DNA from: Podarcis muralis
Lineage: Eukaryota
Length of the DNA stretch: 64,000 nt
Direction of reading: 5' to 3'
Assembly (NCBI RefSeq): GCF_964188315.1
Contig: NC_135657.1
Location: 55,242,001 to 55,306,000 of the forward strand
The notes beneath the pieces are model-generated. The model saw nothing but the letters and a program-made list of their open reading frames with translations, was not told where the DNA came from and searched no databases. Below, piece by piece: positions 50,236-61,882 of the stretch (the stretch's first letter is position 1; each line of letters opens with the position of its first letter). The position numbers and the translations under genes were made by a program.

Positions 50236-50695
50236 TGTGGCGTTTGCCCTCCTAGGTGTGTGACATCATACTGGGTTCATAGGGAAAGAGTTAACTAATT
50301 GTAAAATTAGTGGGAACCCAGGGGGCAGAGTTAACTGTATATAAGGTTTAAGCACAGAGGTTTTTTGAGGGGGAGTTGGAGTTAGAGTTAGGGTGGTTGA
50401 GAAGACAGTCTGGAGACAGATAAGATAAGTCTGTGGCTTGGGCTAGTCTGGTGTGAGAGAGTGAGAAAATTTGTTAAGAGGAGTCAGTTGAGATAATCAG
50501 TCAGAAGGTATTAGGAAGGTATAGGCCAGTAAAGAAACTAAAGTTAAGGTACTGACAGGAATATTATCGGAGAAACGATAAACTGAGTCAGTGTTTTACC
50601 AGAGAGTAACTGGTTGGTGGCAGCGGGGAAGCGAGCACAGTGGCACAGGGAACATTAGACCGTTAAACGTCCGGGGACCTTGTGTGATCGCCACA
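50236..50695 (+). mobile_element. Putative solo LTR, 460 bp
   Basis: Termini TGTGGCG...CGCCACA (7-bp IR), TATATAA at 50338; TSD imperfect (gagtg/aggtg). Confidence 0.6.
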
Positions 50696-50894
50696 AGGTG
50701 TTAACTCTTTTATCCTTGATTACAATAAAAATCACAAACACACACCCCTCATCTAAATTGCTGTTGCTGAAGGATTGAAGCCACAGGGATTAACTGCAGG
50801 TCCATAAGAGTTTTAGATTTATTTGATCAAATTGCTGAATTAAACCAAATTATTTTATCCACAAAGGTAATGGGGACCACATTGTAATTTTTTA

Positions 50895-51116
50895 TGTTTA
50901 TCTATTGCATTTATATCCCACTTTTTCCTCCAAGGAGCTCAAGGTGGCATACATGGTTCTCCCCTTCCTCATTTAATCCCCACAACAACCCTGTGAGGTA
51001 GGTTTGGCTGCAAGGCTGTGACTGGTCTAAGGTCATCCAGTGAAATCCATGGTCTAGTGGGGATTTGAACCCTAGGCTTCCAGGTGCTAGTCCAACACTC
51101 TAGCCACTACACCACA
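50895..51116 (-). mobile_element. CORE/MIR-like SINE
   Basis: cacaacaaccctgtgaggtagg core and ggatttgaaccc B box. Confidence 0.85.
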
Positions 51117-51815
51117 AGGGCAGGTTGCAGCTGGTTCAACAATCTTGTCACTGTTTACAGCATATTCCTCAGTGTCTTCACACATTTCCCACACATGGTT
51201 CCACTTCCCAGAATTTCAATCTCTGGTTTAAAATTTTGGTTTCTCTCTTTTCAAAGGAAAACAAAAGTAATAAGGGATGCAGTCCAGCCAAAAGCACCAG
51301 ATTATTTTAAGGTGCAATAAATTAAATGGGAATCGGAAAAAAAATAGGTTTGTGCCACTTACTGGAAATGTATGGAATTTTGCAACTGGTGTTATTAATG
51401 ACTAATTTTGGCCAGTTCTGCTTGTGGTTCTTGTGGCTATCATTGCTGGGAGGTGATGTGGGATTTCAAAAGGTGTTGAAAAAGTCTGAAATTGTGTAAC
51501 TCTCCTCAGACATGGGCTGAAATGATTGAGTTTCAGAGGCCACAGGCACGTGCAGTTCTACATGCGTATATCTTCCTAACATGCAAAAATATGATAAACA
51601 TTGACATTCTTGTATAAACACTGACAAATCCAGATGGATTTTTGGCTGGCCGACAATAGATACGTCTTTTCTCATACATAAGTTTGTGATGTAAATTTAA
51701 ATACGATAGCCAGCATTAAATGATGTGTCTTGCTTACCATCAAATGTTGAATGGTTTTGGTTATCTGTTGACGTTCAGATGCATATTGTAAAGTTTCAAC
51801 ACTTGTTGTAACATC

Positions 51816-51962
51816 CAGTGCTTTTTTCTGGAAAAAATGATTAGGGGTACTCTCATTTTCTTACTCATATTGAAATACTGCCCTCAATGAGACCAAACTT
51901 AGATTCACAAAATGTTTAAGGGTATGCATACCCCAGCATACCCCCCCAGAAAAAAAACACTG
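51816..51962. mobile_element. hAT MITE, 147 bp
   Basis: Perfect 8-bp TSD gtaacatc; inverted copy of the 19308 family. Confidence 0.92.
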
Positions 51963-52202
51963 GTAACATCTATTTTCCTACTCCGTGTTCGTTCAGAATA
52001 CATTGAGGTTCTACCATCCTAAGCCTACACAGAGACATAGAAGTGTAGTCTGATTCGGTATTGGAAGCTGCAGTGAAAGTTGGTCCATTAGAACAAAAGA
52101 GACATAAGTCTGCCCTTAGCCAGGCCCTGCCTGCCTGCCTTCTTGCTTGCAACCTGATCAAGCGATGGCCCAGAGAGGAGGATGGGGACAAAAATAGAAT
52201 TA

Positions 52203-52830
52203 CCATATTTTTTCGTCTATAAGACACCCCCATGTATAAGGTTTTCTTAGTAGCGATGTATGGAAGTGAGAGCTGGACCATAAAGAAGGCTGGTCGCCAA
52301 AGAATGGATGCTTTTGAATTATGGTGCTGGAGGAGACTCTTGAGAGTCCCATGGACTGCAAGAAGATCAAACGTATCCATTCTTAAGGAAATCAGCCCTG
52401 AGTGCTCACTGGAAGGACAGATCCTGAAGCTGAGGCTCCAATACTTTGGCCACCTCATGAGAAGAGAAGACTCCCTGGAAAAGACCCTGATGTTGGGAAA
52501 GATGGAGGGCACGAGGAGAAGGGGACGACAGAGGACGGGATGGTTGGACAGTGTTCTCGAAGCTACTAACATGAGTTTGACCAAACTGCGGGAGGTAGTG
52601 GAGGACAGAGGTGCCTGGCGTGCTCTGGTCCATGGGGTCACGAAGAGTCGGATACGACTAGAGAACAACAACAACAACAACATATATATATAATACTATT
52701 TCTTACACACTATTTCTGGAGATTCCGATTAAGAAAATGGGGGGAGATGGCCCCCGTGTATAAGACTCCCCCAAATTTTGGACATTATTTTTTAGGGAGA
52801 AAACCTAGTCTTATACAAGGAAAAATACGG
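52203..52830. mobile_element. pogo/Tc2-type MITE interrupted by Bov-B
   Basis: ta|ccatattttttcgtctataagac ... gtcttatacaaggaaaaatacgg|ta. Confidence 0.8.
52241..52682 (+). mobile_element. Bov-B (RTE) LINE 3' fragment, ORF2 C-terminus still open
   Basis: MYGSESWTIKKAGRQRMDAFELWCWRRLLRVPWTARRSN...VHGVTKSR; (CAA)n tail. Confidence 0.95.
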
Positions 52831-52939
52831 TACTTGGCTCTGGCTCCACCTACAGTTGGTCCCCCTGCCTTCCGCCCTTCCAACTGTCATAGGCACATTT
52901 AAAACAGAACTAAATCCCTAGCAAGTGGACACACATGGT

Positions 52940-53287
52940 CAGCAGTGGAGGAAGCCACTCGGGCACCTGGGGCAGGGCAAGCTGCCCATAGCGGCAGGGC
53001 AAGTGCGGGGTGAGCCGCCCATAGGGGTGGGGTGCACCGCGGGACCTCTGGAGTCTGCCTGCCTCCTCCCACTCAGCCACCCTACAGCTGGGTGGGAGGC
53101 AGCGGGCGGACCATTTGTGCAACGTGAAGCCTGTTTGCACCCAAGCCACCGCGTCACTCCCAGGAGAGATGCGTGGCTCGGTCGCGCTGCAGGCCCCACC
53201 GTGATTGTCGCCCAGCATTTTGTCACCTACCCAGTGGTGACACCCGAGGCAGACTACGCCCACCACACACCCCTTCCTCTGCCCCTG
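52940..53287. mobile_element. GC-rich hAT MITE, 348 bp, nested in an L2 fragment
   Basis: Imperfect TIRs cagcagtggaggaag / cttcctctgcccctg; perfect 8-bp TSD cacatggt. Confidence 0.85.
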
Positions 53288-53455
53288 CACATGGTGAAGG
53301 CCCATTTATCCAGCTGGGAAAGCCTGTTGGAACAAAAATGTCTTAAATTGTTTCCAGAAAGGGCAAGTAGTGAGTGCCTGTCCGCACTCAACAGGAAGGC
53401 TATTCCACGGAACAAGGGCAGCCACACTAAAAGCCCTGCTCCAAGTTACTACTGG

Positions 53456-53504
<49 letters not shown>

Positions 53505-53544
53505 TATTTATATGCTATGTTGATGGTTTTCAACATAGAACGCG

Positions 53545-54023
53545 CTCCCATCAGATGTCAAGGAGATAAACAACTATCTGACGTCTAGAACACAAACAAC
53601 GCTGACACCAAACTCTACACACATTAAACATAATAGAAACACCGCCACCCGACCCCACCCCCATCCATCTTCCCTCTCTCCACCCCCCCTTTTCTTCCCT
53701 CTTTCTTTTTTCTTCTCCCCCTAATGCCTCAACAAATGAAATGGATTTGTAAAAATGTTACATGGAAAAAACAAACAAAAAACGAGGCACTACACTTCTG
53801 TAAAACAAGAAAATCCTTAATAAAATATTTAAAAAAAAAAAATAAAAAAAAAATAAAAAATTGGACAAGAGTTGAAAAATTAAAAAAAAAAAAAAAAGAC
53901 ATCTGAAGGCAGCCCTGTTTAGGGAAGTTTTTAATGACTGATGTTTTAATGTACTTTTAATCTTTTGTTGGAAACCGCCCAGAGTTGTTGGGGAAACCCA
54001 GCCAGATGGGTGGGGTATAAATA

Positions 54024-54071
<48 letters not shown>
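53545..54071 (+). mobile_element. L2-like 3' fragment with (ATT)n tail, split by a poly(A)-tailed insert
   Basis: Reverse complement of 5690-5770, interrupted at agaa|gacatctg. Confidence 0.75.
53591..53897 (+). mobile_element. Poly(A)-tailed retroposed 3' end (L1-like 3' UTR or retrocopy)
   Basis: C-rich tract, AATAAA at 53819-53824, A-rich tail. Confidence 0.6.
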
Positions 54072-54072
<1 letters not shown>

Positions 54073-55017
54073 TCTTCACACTTTTGTGAAGAAGGCATGG
54101 TTATGAAATGCATTAACTAAATGAAACCGATGTCTCTCTCCTGCCTCTGCTTACAGATAACTATAATTTTGTTTGCTTGCTTGCTTCTATTAGTGTAGTG
54201 CAGATGATAGGATATAGGGATTTTTGTTTCAAGGTGGACAGCTGAACTAGATAAATGTGGAAGATCATTTGAGTTGGCAGTGCTGTGTGCTGCCACACAC
54301 ACACAAGGAAGAATCTGGTAAGAAAGGGACATTTTCTTGTCACGTAATGATACGTACAATAAGTGTCCAACAGAGCAGAGAAAGAAATGATGGTGACAAA
54401 TAGAAAACTACCTATTTCTGTGTAGCTTATTTGCTACTTTTAAGCCATAAAATGGAAGTCTTTAAACAAAGCTTCTGGCACTTGTCTTGAAAAGAGAATG
54501 TGTTATTAGGCTTCCTTGATAAAGAGATCCCACAATTTGGCAAGGCAAATAACTCTTCATTAACTCTATTACACCGGCAGCAGTCCCTCACACCTTCCTT
54601 TTGATCAATGAACCAGGAACTTCCCTGAGAGATAGATCACTGGATTCAATTTAGGAAGCTTGTCAGTGATTTGCTTTCAGCAAAGAGCTGGGGCATACAC
54701 ACAAGTGACCTGTTTTCCCTCACTATCACTTTTGTGAGTTCACAACTGTATGGAGAACTGCTCCTGCTAGTGTGACCTCAGTTTGGCCTCCTCACCCCTA
54801 GCTTAGCCTAACATATTTTTGCACATGGTTATTTATCAGCCCAGCATCAGCCCCTGACATCCTTGAGGCGCACTTGCTGGGTTCACAGCACAGGTGTCTG
54901 GTCTGGTCCTGAGCCCACTCCTATGTTTGGATTTACCTAGTTACAGTGGCAAGTGGCTATGAGTGATCTGCCATTTTAAGCTTGTCACAGTATGTCAAAG
55001 CGATGCTACATCAAGTA

Positions 55018-56789
55018 CTGTATTTTTCCATGTATAAGACGTCACTATGTATAAGACGACCCCTGTTTTTGAGCCCAAAATTAAGAAATAATTACTGTAT
55101 TTTAAACACCAGACAGAACAACTCTGATATTTTATTAAATATTCAAAACACTGGTATATTTAGTACCATATATTTAAACATCAAACAGAACAACTTTACC
55201 GATATATTTAGTATTGTAATTATGGTAGGTAATATTATTTTTTATTTTTAGGGAGCTAGTCAGCGTTATTATAACGTGCAGTATAAGAACAGCCATAGGG
55301 CCAGCAAGGATTATAATGTCTCATTTGCCTACGCAGAGGCATAGAGAGTCAACAGAAGGCAAAATCAAAGCAATGGAACCTTCGCAGAGGTCCTAAGTGA
55401 CAATAATACAGTAGTTAGTAAGTATGCATGTAAAACGATGACTGCAGCAAACATGTGCACAAACAGAAGAGTGCATACAGGTAGGTAACACTAAAAAACT
55501 ATGCCTCACTCTCAGTTCCAGACATATCACTTTCTTCAACCTCTACTGTATCACTTCTGTCTTCTGAGTCACTGTATTTACTGTATATATGAGATCATCC
55601 TCAGTTCCATCCATGGCATTGCTGCTTCCACATTTCTTGAAGGATTTGATGGCTCTTCTTTGATTCCACTCCATGAGTTTATGACCCATTTGCAGACCTC
55701 AGTAATGGGGTTTCCCCCCCCACTCTTCCCGCTGGTGTCAAGTTATTACCTGCCTTTTGCACCCATTTATTCCATTCTTCTTTCACCAGTGCTTTAAATG
55801 GCTTGTTGATTGAAGCAACTAGTGGCTGCAGCTGACCTGTAAGTCCACCAGGAATAACGGCTAGGTGTGTTCGCAAATCCTTTGCATCCCTTTTTGTCTT
55901 TTCCGTTAAATGTGCATGGAACTGATCATACATGAGCAGAGCTGGCTTCTTCAAGAGCCCTCCAGGTCACCTGCACCAAATCTTTGCAAACAAAATAGCC
56001 ATCAAATCTTCTCATGAACTTGGACAAAAATGCCAGGTGGCATGGTCTCTTTAGGATATGTTTTCCTCTTTAAAATGAGCATAGGAGGCAGTTTGGTACC
56101 ATCTGCACAACATGAAAGGACAGCAGTAGAGTAGGTCTTTTCATGATCACTTGTTTTAATTGCCCCTGTTTGGATCCCTTTCATATCAACAGTTCTGTTG
56201 GAAGGCACATCAAAATAGAGAGGCATCTCATCCATGTTTGCAATCTGACTTGGTTCAAAAGCATATGTTTTCCGGAGTTTTATGACATAGAAATGAAATG
56301 CTTGAATTTTATCCTCATAAGCAGGTGGCATTTTCTGCGCTAACTTGGTTCGTGTTCCCATAGCCAAGCCTTCTCTCCTCATGAAGTTGTAGCACCATTT
56401 TGCCTTTCGTATGAAGTCAGCAATGTTCATTTCCTTTGCACACCTTTTTGCCTCATATTGTATCATCTTGGTTGACACACTTATCCCACTTTGACATTGC
56501 TCCATAATCCTTGTCTTAAGACTCTGCTCCAAGTTTGGCCATTTTGCTGGTTTTTCTCTTAAGGCCCTTTTCTGTTTTGGCATTTTGAGTAGACGTTCTT
56601 CCTGTTTCTCCACTTTCTGATCATGCACTCAGTGGGGGGGGGGGCAGTCCAAACTTTCTCTCTGAAGCTTTATTTCCATGGTTTTTTGCGTAATTGATGA
56701 CTTTTAACTTGAATTTCGCAGAATATGTCAATCTTTTTTATTTTCTGACATTTTTATGGGCTAGTGCTAAACAAACTGTTAATGCAGTA
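55018..56789 (-). mobile_element. pogo/Tc2 (POGK-like) DNA transposon fossil, other TIR not found
   Basis: ta|ctgtatttttccatgtataagacg TIR, with transposase homology on the minus strand. Confidence 0.85.
55500..56751 (-). pseudogene. Frameshifted pogo-family transposase (CENP-B-type HTH plus DDE_1 domain)
   Basis: ATG at 56751 (MSENK..RLTYSAKFKLKVINYA); IANMDEMPLYFD, DGTKLPP, YDQFHAH, QPLVASINKPFK; frameshifts in homopolymer runs; 3' end approximate. Confidence 0.9.
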
Positions 56790-57031
56790 CAGTGGTACCT
56801 CGGGTTACATACGCTTCAGGTTACATACGCTTCAGGTTACAGACTCCCCTAACCCAGAAATAGTACCTCAGGTTAAGAACTTTGCTTCAGGATGAGAACA
56901 GAAATCGTGCAGTGGCGGTGCAGCGGCAGCAGGAGGCCCCATTAGCTAAAGTAGTGCTTCAGGTTAAGAACAGTTTCAGGTTAAGAACGGACCTCCGGAA
57001 CAAATTAAGTACTTAACCTGAGGTACCACTG
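56790..57031. mobile_element. Tigger/mariner-like MITE, 242 bp, just upstream of the pogo ATG
   Basis: cagtggtacctc TIRs; flanks TA and TG. Confidence 0.9.
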
Positions 57032-57995
57032 TGCTCTGAAGTTACGGTAATGGCTCCACAGTGCATGCTGGGAGACAACGGCTCCCACAATACAGCAGGT
57101 GGTGTGAGTGCATGCTGGGATATCACAGCATCATTCCCTCTGATCCCCATTTCAGCCCCCATAAACATCAGAAAGCCAGACCTTTCTCATTACAAACATT
57201 ACAACCTAGAGCATGGATTTAAACTTGATTTGATGATTCCAGAAATCCTGTCCTAAAATCCACTCTTCCTTTTTGCTACTCCTTTTTTTCCTATTATATT
57301 TATTACTTTTAGATATGTTTTATTTTGTATTATATATGAAGTTTATTTGACATTTATTTGACATTGTGGGACATTGAGGCAAGCTGTGTAAAGAATAGCA
57401 ATTCTATCAACTAATACTAACCCATTTTAGAAAAGACATCCTTATAATCATGCCTGAGGATAGTGAAAATGATCCAATCTAGGAGAGTGTAAACAACCCC
57501 TAGGAAAAAACATTTCCTTAAGCATGCTTAGCATTCCCAGGAGTCCTGTGGGGATGACACACACAACATATACTATAGTTTCCTTACCCTTATTAAATCA
57601 AATTATACAAATGCAGTTTTTTGATTGTCTTTCCTTTGATCATACAATAAGAGGCATCACTATGTGCATGGAAGCAGCAAATGCTGAGGGATGATTGTGA
57701 TTGGAATCTCTTGAAACTGGAACGAAAGGTTTACCCGATGATTTATTATCATGAAAATTAGTCTATGGAACCACAAAGAAATAATTCCTTCTGTGTCTGA
57801 TGTGACGTAAGCTTAGTTCTTTGCTAACTTTTCAAGCAATTATAGACTTCCTTGTTACATTGTACATTCATTCACAGTCCATCTTTCTCAGCATCACTTT
57901 TTACCGCACTAATAATTTATCCTCATGGGATAGGTCAAGAATCCCTCCTTATCTTTCAAAAGCTAATTTTAGTGAATCAGAGAGAGAGAGAGAGA

Positions 57996-58064
57996 AAGGG
58001 AGGGAAGGAAGGAAGGAAGGAAGGAAGGAAGGAAGGAAGGAAGGAAGGAAGGAAGGAAGGAAGG
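57996..58064. repeat. (GGAA)n microsatellite
   Basis: Seen directly. Confidence 0.95.
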
Positions 58065-58155
58065 TTGAATTCCAGAGTCTGATTGATGGTACACAATTTT
58101 AGTTGATGGGATTATTGCACAGATAATGCAGAAATATGAATGGAGGGTTCTACTA

Positions 58156-58396
58156 CAGTCGTACCTTGAAAGCTGAACGGAATCCATTCCGGAAGTCCAT
58201 TGAACTTCTAAAACATTCGGAAATGAAGCCACAGCTTCCGATTGGCTGCAGGACACTCCTGCAGCCAATCATAAGCCACGCCAGATGTTCAGCTTCCAAA
58301 GAACGTTCGGAAACCAGAACACTCACTTCCAGGTTTGCGGCATTCGGGAGCCAAAATGTACGAGTGCCAAGGCGTTCAGCTTCCAAGGTGCGACTG
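58156..58396. mobile_element. Tigger/mariner-like MITE, 241 bp
   Basis: TIRs cagtcgtaccttg / caaggtgcgactg; TA TSD. Confidence 0.9.
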
Positions 58397-58599
58397 TACT
58401 TGTAAGATCATTGGAGAGACATTTCTTTTCTCAAAGCTGAGTAACTTTAACCTGACATACACAAACAGAAGATGTATCGTTCATACATTTCAGCATCTGA
58501 AAGAAGAAATCTTTAAATGCTCTCCCTTATTAATGTCTGGACCCAATTCAAGATGCTAGTGCTGATCTTTAAAAAGCTAATACCAAAGGGCAAATATTA

Positions 58600-60468
58600 C
58601 ACTGGTCAACAACAAATTTGTTGTCTGCGTTTTTTCAGTTGATTTAGGATGAATCTGATGCGCTGAATCCAAAAATCACATTGGTTTTGCTCAATCAGGT
58701 CAAGTTTTTGAGCTATGGCCACATGTCGGTTTTTTACGTTTTTGTTCACATGTACGCTTGTGTGGAGCATTTTAGAAGAAGTTGGTGGGGGTAAAATGCC
58801 ATGTCGAATAATTGTTTTGATTGGAAATGATTATTTTAATGACAAGAAGTATTTAGGTCTGATAGTTCTGGGTGATTATGTCAAAAAGGGATCAGTTTGA
58901 AGTCATAAAACCTCGAAATCTTCCATAAATTGGTGCGGAAAAGCATAAAGTTGGGGGATCAAAACTAAGTTAATCCTGATCTTCAATCAGCACGTCGTCC
59001 TGTAGCTCATTGTGATGAAATTCCAGTGCCTATATTCAGAGAACTTCCTGAGATTAGTGACGAAGATGCTTCCAGTGTTGAAGGACATGAAGAAGAAGAA
59101 GTGGTTCTTGAAGATGATGCTCCACATCCATTTTCCCAAAAGGAGTTGAATGATCTAGTTCACAACCTCAGCTTGTCAAAGGACTCTGCCGAACTGTTGG
59201 CATCCAGATTGAAGGGAAAAAAACCTCCTCTCTGACAGTGCTCGCATCAGCTTCTTCCGCAACAGGCATCAAGGGTACCTCCGTTTTTTCTCGGAAGAGA
59301 AGGACTTGGTGTATTGTGCAGATATTGCGCAGCTTCTGCTCAAGCTTGGAGTGCCACAGTACGAACCCAAAGATTGGAGACTGTTCATTGACAGCAGCAA
59401 GCGGTCACTGAAATGTGTTCTGCTACACAACGGCAACCAGTTTGCCTCTATACCCCTGGCTCACTTGACTACACTGAAGGAGAACTATGAAGCGGTGAAG
59501 TATGTGCTGGAGAAAATTGGTTATGATCAGCATAAGTGGTTTATTTGTGTTGACCTGAAGATGGTGAACTTTTTGTTGGGACAACAGTCTGGCTTCACCA
59601 AGTACCCATGTTTTCTGTGCATGTGGGATAGTAGGGACCGTGCTCATGCGGGAGGAATTGGTGCCTTGCAAAGAAAGGAACGTCATCAACGACCCTCTGG
59701 TGGACAGAGACAGAATACTCTTCCCACCACTGCACATCAAGCTTGGCTTAATCAAGCAGTTCACCAAGGCTCTGGACAAGGATGGTGACTGCTTCACTTA
59801 CTTGTGCCAGGCTTTTCCAGGATTGACCATGGAGAAGTTGAAAGCTAGCATCTTTGACGGTCCTCAGATCCGTCAGCTCATCAGAGATCCAGAGTTCGGA
59901 AACTCAATGAACGAAGTGGAACTGGAAGCGTGGAAGGCATTTGTTCTGGTAGTGAAGAACTTTCTTGGCAACAATAAGGACGGAAACTACGCAGAACTTG
60001 TGAACAACATGCTGACTGCTTTCAGAAACCTGGGCTGCAACATGAGCATCAAGATGCACTACCTATTTTCACATATGGACTGGTTTCCTGAGAACCTGGG
60101 TTCAATGAGTGACAAGCAGGGGGCGAGATTCCATCAGGACATGAAAGAGATGGAGACCAGGTATCAAGGTCGCTGGGACGCAGTCATGATGGCTGACTAC
60201 TTTTGGACTCTGAAGAGAGACCTCCCTGCCGCTGAGCATTCCAGGAGTTCCAAGAAACGGAAGTTCAAGCCCTGAAGTTTGAAAAATGGTGAAGCAACAT
60301 GCAATTTACGTGTACTTACCTTTATCAATGCCCACCATTCAGTTTACAGTAAACCTGACCTGATGGAGAGAAACGGATGCCATTTCCTGATTCAGCAGTG
60401 CAAAAATACCCTAAATCAGTTGTAGAAATCTAGACAACATTCAAAAAGTAAAAAATTGTTGCCCAGTG
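58600..60468 (+). mobile_element. Chapaev3-type DNA transposon (CMC group), 1869 bp, both ends present
   Basis: TIRs cactggtcaacaa / ttgttgcccagtg, 3-bp TTA duplication at 58597-58599 and 60469-60471. Confidence 0.85.
58945..60275 (+). pseudogene. Disrupted Chapaev3-type transposase
   Basis: IKLGDQ, SARRPVAH, WRLFIDSSKRSLK, CVDLKMV, GQQSGFTKYPCFLCMWDSR, PPLHIKLGL, FDGPQIR, SDKQGARFHQD, DYFWTL; frameshifts near 59220 and 59645. Confidence 0.88.
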
Positions 60469-61520
60469 TTATTAGTAGCAATAGAAAAATCTTTGCCTGT
60501 CACGTAAAACTAGATAAAGTTGGTGTCAGGTGTACCTCCCTAGGGAGAGCATCCCACAAGAATAGCCAACATGCCTTCTAAGGAGGTCCTTGTTAATCTG
60601 GCCCTGCTGGGCTCAAGGAAACACTGGAATCAGCTGCAATCTTACATCTGTGGTCCTCACCTGTGGTTCAGTGTTGTCCAAAAATTTGAGGTACAAATCT
60701 GAAAGCAGACGTTGCACCTACAGCTTCAAAAAGCAAATCTGATTGCTGTGGTAATGTAATAATGATTTAGGAACCTTAAAAAGAATACTATGGAGAAGAA
60801 AAAAATCTAAAATTATATCACTGGTATATTCACCTCCATATAGAGCTACAAATGTTCTAGTTTTGTGGTTTTAAATTTTCCCACTTCATTGCGTAGGATT
60901 CTGGGATATATTCTATTGTCCCCAGACCAGTGGCCAGCCCTGTTATTACTGATAAGTGTGTGTGCCTTTGTACACATTTATTTGAACATGTATTTTACAC
61001 GTGTACTCACAAAATGGCTAATTTGGGCGAATTAGCAATACTCATCTAGGGATCTTTAGTGGAGAAAATTGGATGCTACAGACATGATGGCATTAACTGG
61101 GATTGGCTTGTTTACTTTGCGGCTTTTAGCGGTAATCAGTAAAACCCAATAAAAGCAATAACCGCTCTTGCTGTTGCAATTGCAATGTTTGTTTACAAAT
61201 GAATAATGGTATTTAGGGGTAAGATCATGCCAAGGTAAAATGATTTAGAAGCAATGACAACTGTTTTTGTGGCTCAAAATACCATATGGAGTATATAATT
61301 TATTACTACTGCAGAAACAAAAGGGGAAGGACTAGAAGTGAAGCATTTCTGAACATGGAGTTAAGAGACTCAGCTTTGCTATGGTGAGAGCAGGGAAACC
61401 AGGATGAGAAAATGTTACATGCAATAGTTCTTTCCATCTCATGAAAGCCAGAGTTGGCTGAGATAATGGAGATGCAAAGGTTAGAGAGAAACTACAGAGT
61501 CCAGTCCATATATTAGCCTA

Positions 61521-61882
61521 GGTAAAGGTAAAGGTACCCCTGCCCGTACGGGCCAGTCTTGACAGACTCTGGGGTTGGTGCGCCCATCTCACTATATAGG
61601 CCAGGGGCCAGCGCTGTCCGGAGACACTTCCGGGTCACGTGGCCAGCGTGACATCGCTGCTCTGGTGAGCCAGAGCCGCACACGGAAACGCCGTTTACCT
61701 TCCCGCTAGAAAGCGGTCCCTATTTATCTACTTGCACGCGGGGGTGCTTTCGAACTGCTAGGTTGGCAGGCGCTGGGACCGAGCAACGGGAGCGCACCCC
61801 GCCGCGGGGATTCGAACCGCCGACCTTTCGATCAGCAAGCCCTAGGCGCTGAGGCTTTTACCCACAGTGCCACCCGCGTCCC
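61521..61882 (-). mobile_element. Sauria SINE, full length, CpG-rich variant subfamily
   Basis: Tail ggtaaaggtaaagg, tRNA-like head, 13-bp repeat atatattagccta on both flanks. Confidence 0.92.

Noticed and set aside
51970-52683. 237-aa minus-strand ORF (and 43561-43965)
   Set aside because: These are antisense frames of Bov-B fragments.
52925-53569. 214-aa ORF
   Set aside because: It spans a GC-rich hAT MITE, an L2 fragment and a (GT)n repeat, so it is a chance frame.
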